A DNA stretch of 63,824 nt, filler included, from Choristocarpus tenellus KU-1152 (GCA_964200185.2; 14 parts of 14 records of this genome joined end to end with filler, not necessarily neighbours in it), one strand, 5' to 3'; numbered from the whole stretch's first letter, positions 12,901 to 25,985 are shown. Translations and numbers: made by a program. Notes: generated by a model not told the origin, from the sequence alone.

Positions 12901-14327
12901 CCCCTCTTCACCAGCACATCATTAGGTTGTGCTGTGAATACAGTCATTTTATGGGGTGCGATTTCAACCCAATGCGAGGTTCCAAGAGTCTTCACAACTG
13001 CCCGCATTTATAGACATAGACCAACATCAACATCTCTTCAGGATAGGAGTAGAGCCACAACTACATATACTCTTTGTACCCAAGTACACTTATGCCAAAT
13101 TCTTGTTAGGAGTGTAGAATTTCGCATTGGAGTTGCTACAGTCGAGAAGGAGTTACACAATCCGTTATTTTTTTAAGAGGGGCATATTCATGTCTGAGGA
13201 GCGAGGCAGGGTGTTAAGAGTTGAACCCAGAGTCAGCTCAGTAGTGGGGAAGGGGGGGGGTTGCTGATATGTGCCTGTAGGGCATTGAAGGCATTGCGGT
13301 TGAGGTCCGTAGAGAGTTCAGGATATGTAGCATCTTCAGTCTCAGGAATTGTTGCTCCATCCTTTGCTACTTCCTGCGACAAATGTAACAAGAAGAAGGA
13401 TAAACGGTGGAAGGATTACATAGCGTTTAGTGTTAGACCTAAGGGTTGGAAGTACTTCAAATAGGTCGTGCCAGGAAGAGGTGTTACCAAGGAGTGGGAG
13501 TGAGGGGTAAGGGAGAGAAGAAATTCGTTTGTGTCCCTCAATGTGCGGGCTTAGCTCAAATCAGCTACCACTACCCCCAGGTGCTTCCACCAGAAAAGAG
13601 ATATGCATATATCCCTTGTCAACCTATGCGAAAGGGATCTGGATACCGCTAGGCAGGAAACCTACAGTGTTCATGTGATGCACCGCTGAGACCAAAAATA
13701 TAAATGAAACCACTTTTCTACATCCAATCAACCAGTGCCGCCTCCCCTGGCTTTGGGGGTATTTCAAGCTAGTTATATTTGTCACCCACAGGGTACACAG
13801 TCCTAAAGCGAATTCGAGAGAGCAGTAACTGGCTGGACTTTCTAGTTTTCTTTTTTTCGTTTGATAAACACAAGAAAGGCGGGACACATCCCCCAGCAAA
13901 GAAACCCACTCTTGGGGATGAGATTGAAAGTTGTTTGATACGAGGGAGTAAGCGATGACAAAGGCTGAGCACTCTGGATTGTCAAATACTCTATCCCTCC
14001 AATGATCAACTCCGCAGGACTTGCAACTACTCTCAAGTGCACTTTAAGCGGCCTCACCTCCATTGTATTCAGAATTTGTGGTATAGTCATTTTTTCCAAC
14101 GCCAACCTTGCTCCAGTCACTCTAGACTCAAGTCGATTCACTGAATCCAATTTCTTCCCAGCAGCACCACTGCCCTCGGTACTCTCTGCTTCTCCTGGTA
14201 CTTTGTTTCCTTCAAGGTCTTGTATAAGAGCCTTCGCCACAGATAGGGCATCATTGAAGTTAGTGACAGCCAAGGCACCACTCATGAATTCTCCTTCTTC
14301 TGTCTCAGTGGAAATAATGTTCGCATC
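9972..14327 (-). CDS. Multi-exon gene fragment, uncharacterised protein
   Basis: Phase-0 exons with AG/GT borders at 14327-14058 (DANIISTE…ILNTME), 11943-11779 (ASLNLCD…WDEVQ), 11221-11117 (KKTLSNK…LEKK) and 10256-9972 (VQEMSG…IKLEE). Probable further exons at about 13373-13275 and 12685-12610. No family recognised. Confidence 0.65.
12163..12420. mobile_element. MITE family C (258 bp), intronic
   Basis: TIRs GAGCTAAAGTATCTTAGAG / CTCTAAGATACTTTCACTC, flanked by AAAA on both sides. Homologous to 43341-43664, 48754-49015, 52141-52398 and 15672-15747. Confidence 0.9.
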
Positions 14328-14769
14328 CTGGTGGAGGGTCTGATGCATCTCAGACGAGGAGGAGCAGTAGCAACAACAATACAGCATGTTTGTGAAATAT
14401 TTGTCTTTCGAGAAAAGTCTGTGCTTATCTATCCAAGGGGCAGAGCTTGGTTCTTCAATGCATTGACCGACTGGTTCGAGTTCAACACATCAAGTATGAC
14501 ACCAATAATTGCCACGTACCGTTAAACTCTGGAATGTATTCCCATACACCACAATAGAACAGCCCCCAACATAGGGGTGAGAGACATACAGAATCCCTTG
14601 CTGGCCAAAGCTGGGCCACACGACATAGCAGCGCAATGATTACTGTGGGGCCCATCCATAATAATTGTTTCTTGAGGGGCTGGTTGATTCTGCTCTGTAA
14701 AATCCCCCCCGGTTCTGGAGAAACTTGGTATATGGAGGATGCTTGGATGAGACAATAGAAAGGTAGTCA

Positions 14770-15030
14770 GAGACAAAGCAAGAGAAAGGTAGGCAGGTGT
14801 TCACCCTTTTGTATTCTTAGCCATACTTCTTACCCTGTCCAATACACTCTGTTTAATTGCTTTATGTGCACAACACTGTACGCAACATTGATATCCCCCC
14901 TTTCCACACACGAAGCAACATCACAATTAAGCAAAAGGCTCTTTCTGCAATTGTACAAAAATGAAGTACTTTTGCCCTTTCTCAGGGTCCTCAAGGTGCA
15001 ACCCTGCCTACCTCTCAATTGTTTTGGCTC
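14770..15030. mobile_element. MITE family E
   Basis: Degenerate TIR GAGACAAAGCAAGAGAAAGGTAGGCAG and right end CTGCCTACCTCTCAATTGTTTTGGCTC. The internal ATTGATATCCCCCCTTTCCACACA is shared with the other copies. Confidence 0.85.
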
Positions 15031-15671
15031 TCTTCAAGGTGGGCACAACTACATTGCAAAAATAGCTAGTGGGAGAATGGGGAATGCTCGTATCTCAAGA
15101 GAACCCAACACATTGTCTGCAAAATAGGGCAATCACCATAATGATGTATTACAAGGTCATTCAAGAACTGCTTCAAATGCCTAAGAGGTACTTAGAGCAC
15201 TCCAAAGTGCACCTGATAAGGATGGGGGGTAGAATTGAAGTAGTGATTTTATCGCACTGCCACCTGCCAAGCAAGGACTTTTTGCTTGACAGGGAAGATA
15301 TATAATTTTCCTTTCAGTTGGTGGCTTCGCAAACTGTAGCCCCCCTACTTCAAACGCTGGTCTGCATTTGCAAGATTTCACTGATGGCAAGATCAGAACG
15401 TGTTTGATGCTCCCCCAAAGAGTTACTTCGAAGTATTAGAGAGGAGTTCAGTCAGGGATTGAACTGACAAGGGCTGAAACAAGGTTTGGGATGGGCTGGG
15501 AGTGATGGGGGGGTATGAAAAATTGTCAACTGGTGGCCTGAGCTTAAGAAGATGTGAATGTTCAGTGTTATAAGGAAATTTCCTATGCAAACATTTGCAC
15601 ACAATCCACACATGAGCGATCTTCCCCTTGTTACTCTTGTCCATCAAAATCTGGTTATTTACTCTCTGTAA

Positions 15672-15747
15672 GAGCCAAAGTATCTTAGAGGGTACGAATT
15701 TTGTCCTGTTTGTCCATTTGGGGCTTGACATCCCACAGGTTTTTAAT
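15672..15747. mobile_element. MITE family C, truncated at contig end
   Basis: GAGCCAAAGTATCTTAGAGGGTACG…TTTGTCCATTTGGGGCTTG. Confidence 0.8.
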
Positions 15748-15872
15748 NNNNNNNNNNNNNNNNNNNNNNNNNNNNNNNNNNNNNNNNNNNNTTAATTAAT
15801 TAANNNNNNNNNNNNNNNNNNNNNNNNNNNNNNNNNNNNNNNNNNNNCCCCCCCAGATACTTTGACCCTTCA

Positions 15873-16082
15873 GTGTTCTTGATTCCTACACTGCCGTACT
15901 CTCAAGTAGCTGAGAAATTTGCAAGCTTAGACACAACCGTTGAAGAGTCCAGCATGAACGATGTTTTGTACTACCTCCGGAAAGCAAAGCTGGCTTGGCT
16001 CAGCGCAACAGGGGCAAGGGCAACCAAGCAAGCGGAGATCCCCCATTTTATTGGCAGTTGCGATTTTCTTACTAGCAAATAA
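15873..16082 (+). pseudogene. Possible C-terminal remnant of a pogo/Tigger-like transposase
   Basis: PYSQVAEKFASLD…LRKAKLAWLSATGARATKQAEIPHF resembles the KQ..I..FF tail of pogo-type transposases. No catalytic motif is present. Confidence 0.4.
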
Positions 16083-16938
16083 GTTGTTTTGTTGCAGGTG
16101 CCCCTCAGAACTCACCTCCACAGGATGTACAACTCAAATCAAATTCACAGATTAACGAACGTCAGCTCAGCAGAACAGGAGTACTCTCGAACGAATCAAT
16201 TAGCACAAGGAAAATTTGTTTATCGATATCAGTAAGAGAGAATGCTAAAGGTGGGATGTTTCTAGGTCAGAAGAACTGATCTGTTTGGAGCCGTTTTTAG
16301 AACCTCTTATCATCATTTTATTGTTGGGGCTTCTTTGGTTTACAGACATTGGAATATATCTGAGAACCTTTGCGACCTTTCCATCTGGGAACCCTTGCGA
16401 CTCTCCCGAGTTACAGATTTTATTCTGCAACTTTTTAGCAAATCGGAGTTCCCCCTTTTGGGATTCCCCACGCACGTACACTGCTCGCGCTGGTTAAGCG
16501 CAGGAAGAAGTACTTGCACTATTCGCCTGTACAGTTTTACTCAGTGTGTGCGATGGGGGGTGCACGGCGGTGCAGCTGTATTTGATCTACAGTGGCATTT
16601 TTGATACTGTACTTATAACATCCTTGTAGAGTGCAATTGAATACGTAGGGCAGGGCATTGGAGGGAGATTGACTTTGAACGTTGATTTGATTTGAACTGC
16701 AAGTCATCTGTCCGGCCATCCAACGGCTTGCGGATGCCTTTCTTGGGAAGGTGTATTATACGTATGAGTGAGTCCATTGTAATGGGTGTAATCTACTATA
16801 GTTACTCTATACATACAATACTGGTATACTGTGCAGGGGTGATGTAGATGTGGTGCTTGCTGCACCACCACAACTTCATCGAAATGGGCTTACCGAGGGC
16901 AATGTTCAATACATATCTGTATGTAACTACTCTTGAAG

Positions 16939-16987
16939 GCACATGGGATGCACATGGGAAGCACATGGGATGCACATGGGAAGCACA
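16939..16987. repeat. 11-bp tandem repeat GCACATGGGAW, about 4.5 copies
   Basis: gcacatgggat gcacatgggaa gcacatgggat gcacatgggaa gcaca. Confidence 0.9.
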
Positions 16988-17716
16988 GACAACAAGGGCG
17001 TCGCTCTGTCGTCGTTCGGGGACAGGTATAAGGTGTTTACTAGCACTGTTGGTCGATATGACATAAGTTTCTCTTATCACGATCCCTCGGTTTAAGAGAA
17101 AAACGCTCTTATATAAATAAGAGAGGATCAGAATTTACACGATTGGTCGAGGACTATCACAGAGTAGCACAACAAGATCAGGTCGCAGACCGGCTGCCCT
17201 GATAAAACATGTCTAAACAAGGCTAGACTCGAGGAATCGAGATTGTAAACCAGACCTGGCCACGGGTGGGCCCTCCTGAGACGTGTTTCAGGGATTTCTC
17301 AGGTTCAGTCTGCTCCACATCTGGGGTCCAATGGTCGGACAGACTCCAATACTTCGCAGATAGACCTGGTTTGTTCATGTCAGAAAATACCAGAGTCTTC
17401 CTGGATCAGCAATTGTACATGTTCTACAGGTTGGTGGACATTGATGTGGAAATGTTAGAAACATTGGGATTGGGTTGGACTTGTGTATTGTTTTTTCAAA
17501 TAATAGTTCTGATAAATACACAACAAAAGTATTCCAGATTACACTCCTCTTCACAAGATTTAAGAGATTTATTTTTTACAACTAGTTGGTCCGTTACAAT
17601 ATTAAACAAAATTTGATGAGATTACTGTGGTCAATACTCCAACGTTATGGTCTATCCTCTCCTATACCTCTCAATACTCCACTACTACTTTGGAGTATTG
17701 ACTGATGCAATAGACA

Positions 17717-17803
17717 TGCGTATGTGAGTTTGTGGTAACTGCCTGCATGAATAGTGCGTATGTGAGTTTGTGGCAACTGCCTGGATGAAAAGTGCGTATG
17801 TGG
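17717..17803. repeat. ~38-bp direct repeat, about 2.3 copies, just upstream of the plastid-protein gene
   Basis: TGCGTATGTGAGTTTGTGGYAACTGCCTG occurs twice, followed by a third TGCGTATGTG. Confidence 0.85.
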
Positions 17804-17904
17804 CATTTTTTGCGCATATTACCAGTTGCTCACTCCCTACCTCACTCACAGTCACATTGACCATAACACCAAATAAGGACTCCGAAGCTACTCAAAACAA
17901 TATC

Positions 17905-18716
17905 ATGAAGACATCTTTCGCTCTATGCTGCATGGCCGTGGCCGCCGCTGGCGTGTCCGGCTTCGTCGTGCCACCATCCGGTGCTGTGCGTGCCCCCGCT
18001 CTGCTGGGTGGCAAGTACGATGGCCAGGTGTGGGATGATGCTGCCAAGAAGGACGTCTTGTCTACTTACGACGCCTCTAAGCCGTGGAGTGAGATCAACT
18101 TCGACCCCTTCAAGAAGGTGGGTGCTAGTGTTGGGTAGCACCTTGTTTTTCATTTTCGTCTTGCCTGGGCAATTGTCGCAAACGAGTTTCCTGCCAACCT
18201 CTTGTAGGACATCGACGAGTCCTCGAATATTTTATGAGTTAATGTGAAATGGTCTCGGTACATACTTCCTGCTGAACTCCATCCTGTGCCTAATCGAGGG
18301 TCTGCTCGTTTTATTGTGTGTGTAGCTTGGTGGATTTAGGACTCCCGTTCCTTTGGACTCAAGGGAACATGCGTTCTTGAGTAAGAGAGTTAATTGTTGT
18401 GATTGCGTTTATGTGGATACGTAGTTGAAAAGGTTCATGGTAATGTAGGATTTTGCTGTGTAGGGTGCGGTAGGGTTCGGGTGGTTTACTGATTCGTAAT
18501 TTGCTAGGAATAACCCTTTTGGGCTATGTTGAACATCTTACTGATGTTGGATTGGACACAACTCCGTTGCTCTACTTGATGTATCAACAGGATGCCAAGG
18601 GGAATTCTTGCGACACCAGGGGCTTCTACCCCGGAGAGGGCAAGTACAAGGACCCCATCCGCCCCGCCGTCTCCTGGGCTGAGTACCAGGCCAAGCTCCA
18701 GGCTGACGGAAAATAA
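17905..18716 (+). CDS. Small (112 aa) nuclear-encoded plastid-targeted protein, complete, two exons (17905-18117, 18591-18716)
   Basis: AAG|GTGGGT donor and CAACAG| acceptor in phase 0. Signal peptide followed by ASAFAP-like VSG-FVVP. Mature part GKYDGQVWDDAAK…NFDPFKKDAKGNSCDTRGFYPGEGKYKDPIRP. Strong C/G-ending codon bias typical of highly expressed genes. Confidence 0.92.
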
Positions 18717-20304
18717 ACTTCTAGAATGAGTTAGTCTCCCAACTGATGCAGTAGAAAGGACAAAAAAGATTGTTCACCGTAGGTTTAGAGGTTCGATTGC
18801 ATTTCTTGATTCGTTTCGTACTAATGATCGAATTCATGCGCCTGCAGGCTGTTGCGAGATTCTTTTACAGATTATGTGATAAACCATAGACTTTAGCTGT
18901 AGATAGGGGGCGACACTTTGAACTACCCCAACTGATCAGCTTGATGTGACCCTCCTGGGTATCACGGTACGATACTCTTGAGTTGGATGCAGCTGGAACG
19001 TTTAACTGATAAATGTTCTGTGAACGTTTAATACAGGAAGACTACTTAAACAAAACAAGTAAAGAGTCTTTTTATTTGCTTGATTTTATCATCCTCTCCC
19101 CTTGAGCTTGGTTGAATTTTCTTCACTCCAAAATAATCTACAACAATGTGAGCTCATTTTGCTTCAATCTGCATTTTACTTCAACCTGCTTTTTGCTTTC
19201 CTGATACGTAAATTCATCGGACTGATCAGATAGGTCTTCATAAACCTGCAATTTTCCAGATGTGCATCCGTTGTGTTATATGTGCGAGTATTTCGACGTA
19301 CCAAACACAAGGGCCAGCAGTTTAATAAAATATTGACAGATTTGACCAGACAATTTGGACACTGCCAGAAATGTATTTACTTTCGCTTTTACCATGAAAT
19401 AAGGTTCAGAGGTGCACTGAGAGAAAAGTTCGTTTACTTTCATTAATGCCACCATGAAATGGTCTCTGTAAACTACTGTAGACAATATGTTAATTATGTT
19501 TCTTAAGAACTCGTACAGAGCGGTTATATTATTGATGAAAACAGGTATGGTGGAGAGAGGTGAGGCTGAAGGAGGTTCTTTAAGTGTTTTCTGTTAACTT
19601 TTTTTCTAGGGAAAATGCGTTACAAATAACCAGTCTTTGATGTGCACTCAGGAAAAAATGTATTGATAGTCACAGTGCAATAGGATGGGGTACCTGAGAA
19701 AGGCTGTCCTAAATGCGTCATCATTGCCAGGTGGTGTGGTAGAAGCCGGGGAACATAAATTCAGTGTTACATCTGGCCCAACCAATCTGAAAAACTTGTA
19801 CACAACATATAAATAAATGCAGAGGAAGGATATTTGTAAGTGTAATTAGCTACTTTGTCGGGGGGGAATAAGAGTGGTCTATGGTTTCTGGCTTGTGCTT
19901 CCAAGATGCCTGATTGTATTAAATAATTGTGAGGATTCCCTTTGAAGTCGCATAGGGGCTGCTTTTTCGGGTGGAGATGAGAGTGGTTTGTGCTTTCTAG
20001 GTTTCCCTTCCAAGATCCGTGAATATATTCAACAAATACTGTGGGGATTCCCAAAAAACCCTGTGTCTGTGGGTACCAGCTTAGTAGGTGGGTTGATTGA
20101 ATTGGTTTATTGTCACATTATTATTTCTCTAACAATTTTGTTCGATGCATGCTGCAAGATATTCAACATTATTCGGCTGGCAGATCATATCTTGTCAACA
20201 GAGAAAAGCAAGGTAGGAAGCGGAGTGATGAGTGAGCGATGGGATTGCTAAGCCTAACGCCAGAGGAGCATGCGCAAACAACGGAGGTGGTACAACTAGT
20301 TGTA

Positions 20305-20575
20305 GAACCAAACCAATTGAGGTGTAGGCAGGTTTGGACCCTTGTGAAATCCTAAGCCATCTTTCTAACCCTGCTCAATACATCTACTTCATAGTTTCAT
20401 GTGCACAATAGTGCACCCGAAATTGATATCCCCCCTTTCCACACACAAGGTGACACCACAATTCAGCAAATAATGTGCTTCTTCTGCAGTTAGTTGTACA
20501 AACGGGCATCATTTTTTGCCCTTTCTCGAGATCCCCCAAAATGCAACCCTGCCTATCTCTCACTTGGTTTGACTC
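20305..20575. mobile_element. MITE family E with 4-bp TSD TGTA
   Basis: TIRs GAACCAAACCAATTGAGGTGTAGGCAG / CTGCCTATCTCTCACTTGGTTTGACTC. TGTA at 20301-20304 and 20576-20579. Confidence 0.9.
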
Positions 20576-21443
20576 TGTAGTGCAAAAAGGGTGATACCAA
20601 GCATAATAGATTGTATAGTATGAGAAGGAGTGCATTGTGTAGTTCCTCTGTCGGGATGGTCCTAAAGTAAAGAAGAAACTAAAATCAAAATATAGTCAAT
20701 CATCAAAGTAATACTTCTTCTGATTAATACTTAGAATGATATTATTAGTAGAAAAGGTAACAAACATACCACTGCATCATCGGGCCTCCTGTTGTGCTCA
20801 CAAAGAAAGGCAGTACAAAAAGAGAACAGGAATTCGAAATACTATATATTACATGGCAAGTGACTGACAGTAAAAAGGCTGAGATAGATTGTACAACTGT
20901 AGTTAAAATGTTGATAATACTGAGGAAGGAAACAGATAGATGTAACAACGTAGAAAAAGTATAGCAATACTGCGAAAATGCACATCTAAGTACATAATGC
21001 TACGTAGTACATAAAATATTGTATGGAGAAAGAGAAGCACTGTGCGAAAAGACAATAAAATGAAAGGGAAAATATCAAGGTCCTAGCAGGAGACAATTTC
21101 CCCCCTCCCATGAAACACACGAAACAGGTCAGATGTGTTATCAGCTCCAGCATCAATAACCACAACAACTCAAAGGAGTGACAATGGTAAGTTTTATGTA
21201 CATCTTATTTCGTATGCAGTGTATATTACGTAACCACTCACAGTTGCACATCAAAATAACTTCTGATATCTGATCAAGTGCTGTGCACCCCCACAAGCAA
21301 TACCTGAAATTAATAATAGATGCCTTCACCAGGACCAAGGAAGGTGTCCCAAGCCAGCAGACTTCTTGAAACCAACCCCAGACTTCATAGATGATAGTGT
21401 CATGTCTGTTTGGTGACTGTGGCCACCAATATTGGATGAACCG

Positions 21444-21602
21444 CTAAGTTCGACTCGAGAAGGTTGATTTCTCCATTGTTTGAACCTTTCCGACACAAGT
21501 CGGAAAATGTTCTCTACGCGTATGAAACAAATACCGAATTTTGCACGTATTTGCCATTATCGTTAAAATGCAACTCTGGGTACCTCTCGTTTACTTTCAC
21601 CC
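21444..21602 (-). mobile_element. MITE family F, partial copy
   Basis: The reverse complement matches 28991-29150 (GRGTGAAAGTAA.CGAGAGGTACCC.GAGTTG.ATTTTAA…). Confidence 0.8.
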
Positions 21603-22651
21603 AAACTTTGTCAACAGGTTACGACTGTCGACAGAAAGACATGCATTCAAACAAACATCTTGCAACAACAACGCCTGCTGTTAAGCAACAATCCTGTATA
21701 GGGGCCAACTATTCCTTCAGTGAAGTTAAATTGAAAAAAAAAACATTTGTTGGACTGCAGAATGAAGGGAAGGAGGGATGATGACAGCTACAAGTAAATA
21801 ATATCCATCACTTCACATCTACCTTTTGCTACTACTACTATAAACACTAACACAATATCTTTGTGAAACGGAGTGGAGCCTTTCCAAACTATAGTATCAA
21901 GTAGGGCAGGTCGCCTTTTTGATATGGGATGGAGCGCTGTTCGCTCCTTTTTCACTAGTGGGCTTTCTACGCAAAGGCAATTTTGGGACCCGCTACTATT
22001 ACTACGGCTACTGTTACTACGTATATTTTGTATATCGGGTTGTATTCTATTTAATTTTATCTTGTCACATTTATCCAGACGACTAACCCGAACCATGACC
22101 AGAGGCACTACACACTACTATCAATAGTTTTACCTAATATAGCTACTGTATTGGACTATTGATGGGACTAATTATGAAGCTCATCACTCCGCCCCTTCCG
22201 CCAACCCTTGCACTAGACTTATCTCATTATCATTTGGTGAAAAGGTGTTTGCCATCTCGTTACTAGTCACAATAATACTACTACCAAGAACAATTACTTG
22301 ACCCTGAGTGTACACAAATGAAGGAAATGGTCTTCTTACAACTTACACAGCAGAGTAATACGATCGTGACAACCAAGCATTGCTCCCATGGCAGCAGCAA
22401 GCACATCCAACCTGCTGATACAGTAGGTTGTGTACCATGCAATAGCAGCCAATAGCCAAGCCAAGGAGCGTGCATTTTTGCAGTATCTATTAGTCACAAA
22501 CAAAAAGATAGGAAATAAAAATAGTTAAGGCCCAAAGTATATGAGGGGGGGNNNNNNNNNNNNNNNNNNNNNNNNNNNNNNNNNNNNNNNNNNNNTTAAT
22601 TAATTAANNNNNNNNNNNNNNNNNNNNNNNNNNNNNNNNNNNNNNNNNNNN

Positions 22652-22718
22652 AAAAAAGTGAAAATCGAAAAAAGGGTGAAAAACGGACGCCGACACCCCC
22701 CCCCAGATACTTTGACCC
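22652..22718. mobile_element. MITE family A terminal fragment at contig start
   Basis: AAAAGTGAAAATCGAAAAAAGGGTGAAAAACGGACGCCGACACCCCCCCCCAGATACTTTGACCC. Also at 35268-35371, about 44100-44216, 48370-48438 and 15848-15868. Confidence 0.85.
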
Positions 22719-25700
22719 ATGCCGGAGGACAATAATGTTTAGGTTTTATCATTTACCATACAGGCAAGTGTGGTTAATTTTTGTATCCTGCTGCCACAAT
22801 GGCTGGCAGAGGTGCTGCTCCAGGGATGTCAGTGCAGTGATGGGAGTCGGGGGTGCAGTACCCCTTCCACTACTTCTATCGCCACAGATATGTACCTTGC
22901 TCTCCACAAGTCCCACTCGCTAAGACTCCACTTTCATTTGCCCAGGTGGATACTCCATTAAGTACACAGACAGGGTGTTGGCGGCAGTCCACATTTGGAC
23001 CTATCATCCAGGATGAAGATAGTGAAGTAGGTTGTGGCAGTTGGTTCAAGTACTATGTTCGGGGATGAACCGTTGATGAAAGGATGGCAACCTCTATTCC
23101 AAGGTGGGTGGCCAGAATAGATATTTACACGATCACATGGTATGCTGTAGGGTTTAATGCTCTGCCGTGACACTTCCAGACTCTGTCCTCAGGTAGAATA
23201 ACCGGATGAGGACGTACTTGGTTGGCCAACTGGTGACAGAAAAGTCATCAAAAGTGCGCATGTTTTGTTTACGTCAAGATTTCTATGAGAGGAGACTATG
23301 AGGACAAGTGTTTATGGTGGTACCTATTTGAGGGAGATGTCAAGTTTTCAGTTTCAAGGGGTAGAAGCTGGGGTCCGGGCAAAACTATGCCCCTGCATAC
23401 CTTCCCCCTTACCGTCCCCCCTCCACTTTTTAATTGAGGTCTCTCTAAGTCGTGCCACCTCTACCCTCCCCACACTTCTAAACTGCCCTACTGTACGTCC
23501 TATGGATCCTCAAATCTATCCCTAGCAGAGACAAGAATGAAATGTGTAAGTAACTTACTGTGTTGACCTTGGCGCTGTCAATGAGTGGAGCTTTTGGGGG
23601 GGTGATCTGACAGGTTGTATCTTCTGGGCAGGGTCAGTTACATTAGGTGTACTTGGCATACCTGTGTCCTAACCTACATAGTCCCACCATAACTATTCAA
23701 GAGGTCAATCAATAGCTTGAAAATTGTTCATACATAGATGTGTATATTGGTACTTTGCATGGTCTGTAATGGCAATGATAGTGTTGAGGGGTTACTCTAA
23801 ACAGAAAGACTATGACATACGGCATATACATTTTACTCTAACCTGAAGGCGACAATAGCCAGTGAGTTGCCCGGGAAGTGCAATATCTGAAATGTATACA
23901 TGGGTAGAATTAGTCAGATATGCAATGTAGTTGCTATCTACAGCTAGTCAGGTAACACCCCATGCTTCATACTTCTATGTACCCTAAACACAGGTGCTGT
24001 CATTAGCAATTTTTTATGGATAAGTTGGACATAAATACTGTGACCTATACTGTGTATGTGTAACCTACTCAATCTCCACAAGGTCATTGGTAATCCCTGA
24101 CTCATCCAAAAAGTACTGCAGACTCTCGTAGTACCAAAGCGGTACATTGTTGACATTTACCGTAATTGGGTACACCAGTGAGTCAGCATTCTCACTCTCG
24201 ACCAGATATTGAGATAGAAGTGGCACTGATTACTACTGTTCACTAAGCACACCTATGAACACGTGTATTTATCCTATTACCCCACTGAATCTCCCCCATT
24301 AATTACTTTTATGAATAGATGTTTAGGATGTCATTATTTAAAGTTGTTGAGGTGCACCTTTTTCAGTCCAAAGAGCAAAAAGGATCTGGTGATTGTTTGA
24401 GGGGTTATGTTGTCATAATATACCTGATCTTGTCCAAATCGACAAGTAGTTAATACCACTTGGGGCATTTTCATCAAGGTGCTCCTGATCTTGCCTAACA
24501 CAAACAACAAATATCTCGAAGAAACCAAAGGAATAGCAAAGGACAGGCACCGCTCAAGGCAGCTGCAGGTATGTACATGCGACAGCCTTGCCCTGCACTG
24601 ACATTGTAGAGCTATCATATGCCTTAGAAAATTGAATTTTTTGAAGATATTGTTCTGGTCTTGAATTTACCTCTCCAACCAAGTTTCATTATTTTAATTT
24701 TATATTTATCATAATACACTTCCAAAATATGTATCTTCCACAGAAAGGAGTATTAGCATGTGCAAAGCACCATCCTCCTACTCCTCTTTCGGTACCATGG
24801 TTGTTTGTACCATTTCCACCTCGGCTCCATCGATAGCTTATCCAACTTTCACCACTTGTACGTGCATATACAGCATATGTGGCATGGTATCTGGGTGGTA
24901 CAAATGCACAAATGATCCCAACATTTGGTGTGGAACATTCTTCCATTCGGAATGTGAATACAGCATCAACCCTCGAACTTTACTACTGCATGGTCATTAA
25001 AATTTTAGCAGAAAACAGTGCCATTGTCTCAGAAGAAAAATTCTTCTTGTGCATGAAGGATCACACCTCCTTGCAGATGAGATAGTTATGGTGGGTCAAT
25101 TCTTGGGTACAGGCAAAGATCTTTCCTTTGAATCGGTAATCGTAGGTGCTAGCCATCTGCATTCTGAGTCACAAAGTTACTTCCGAGCAACAAGGAAATT
25201 GTCAAGATACAGGCAGATGTGCTCACAGGAACCTGCCAGGAAGTTTCCTTGGGTACCTCGTCACTGTGACAAAACCAAAATGCTGCAGTAAGGATAACCT
25301 ACTCCCTGTACAGGACTACTTCACGAGTTCTAGCTCACACTGAGCATAGTTGATATTGACGCAGAAACAAACTCTGGAATAGATGTGAATGTAATGCCAC
25401 AAAGAGTGAGGGCATTGGCATCATCCTGTGATGTAGGTCTCCATAACACCAAGGCCATGGCACAGATAGAAGTACTGTTTTGAGCAGCGATAACACAACT
25501 GTAGGACAAGGAGGACACAAGGAGTAAAACACATCCTCCAAGCACAGTCGCACAAAATATTAAGTTTCCCCTTCAAGGATAGCAGACATGTCGACAGGCA
25601 GGAGATATGGCAGGACTGATTTGGACATGTGCAGTCAATGCAGTTGGTACAAAGGGAAATAAAGAAACCTCACCCCAATGCAACCTGGAACAGAAGATGA

Positions 25701-25985
25701 GGACAAGGCACTCACAGCAAATGCCTCTCCAACTTATGTAATTTTTTTCTTTAGTACACAGCCAGCAGCAGAGTTTATCAAGAAGATCGACAAAGTCCAC
25801 AGGGACTCCTTCCTACGCCAGGCACCAAAAGCAACAATCCACTCCAACAGACGATCATCACTTACAATGTTCATGGACAAAGTCGTCTCCTGCATCCCAC
25901 CAACACCCTTCCCCCCACAGCATGCTACCCCATAGCCACCCTTCTTGGGTAAGTCAGGAGCAGGAAAAGCTTGGATAGACCATCT

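Noticed and set aside
22730-25900. Exon-like blocks on the minus strand (for example about 24560-24425 and 25620-25340)
   Set aside because: I could not assemble consistent phases or recognise a family, so no call is made.
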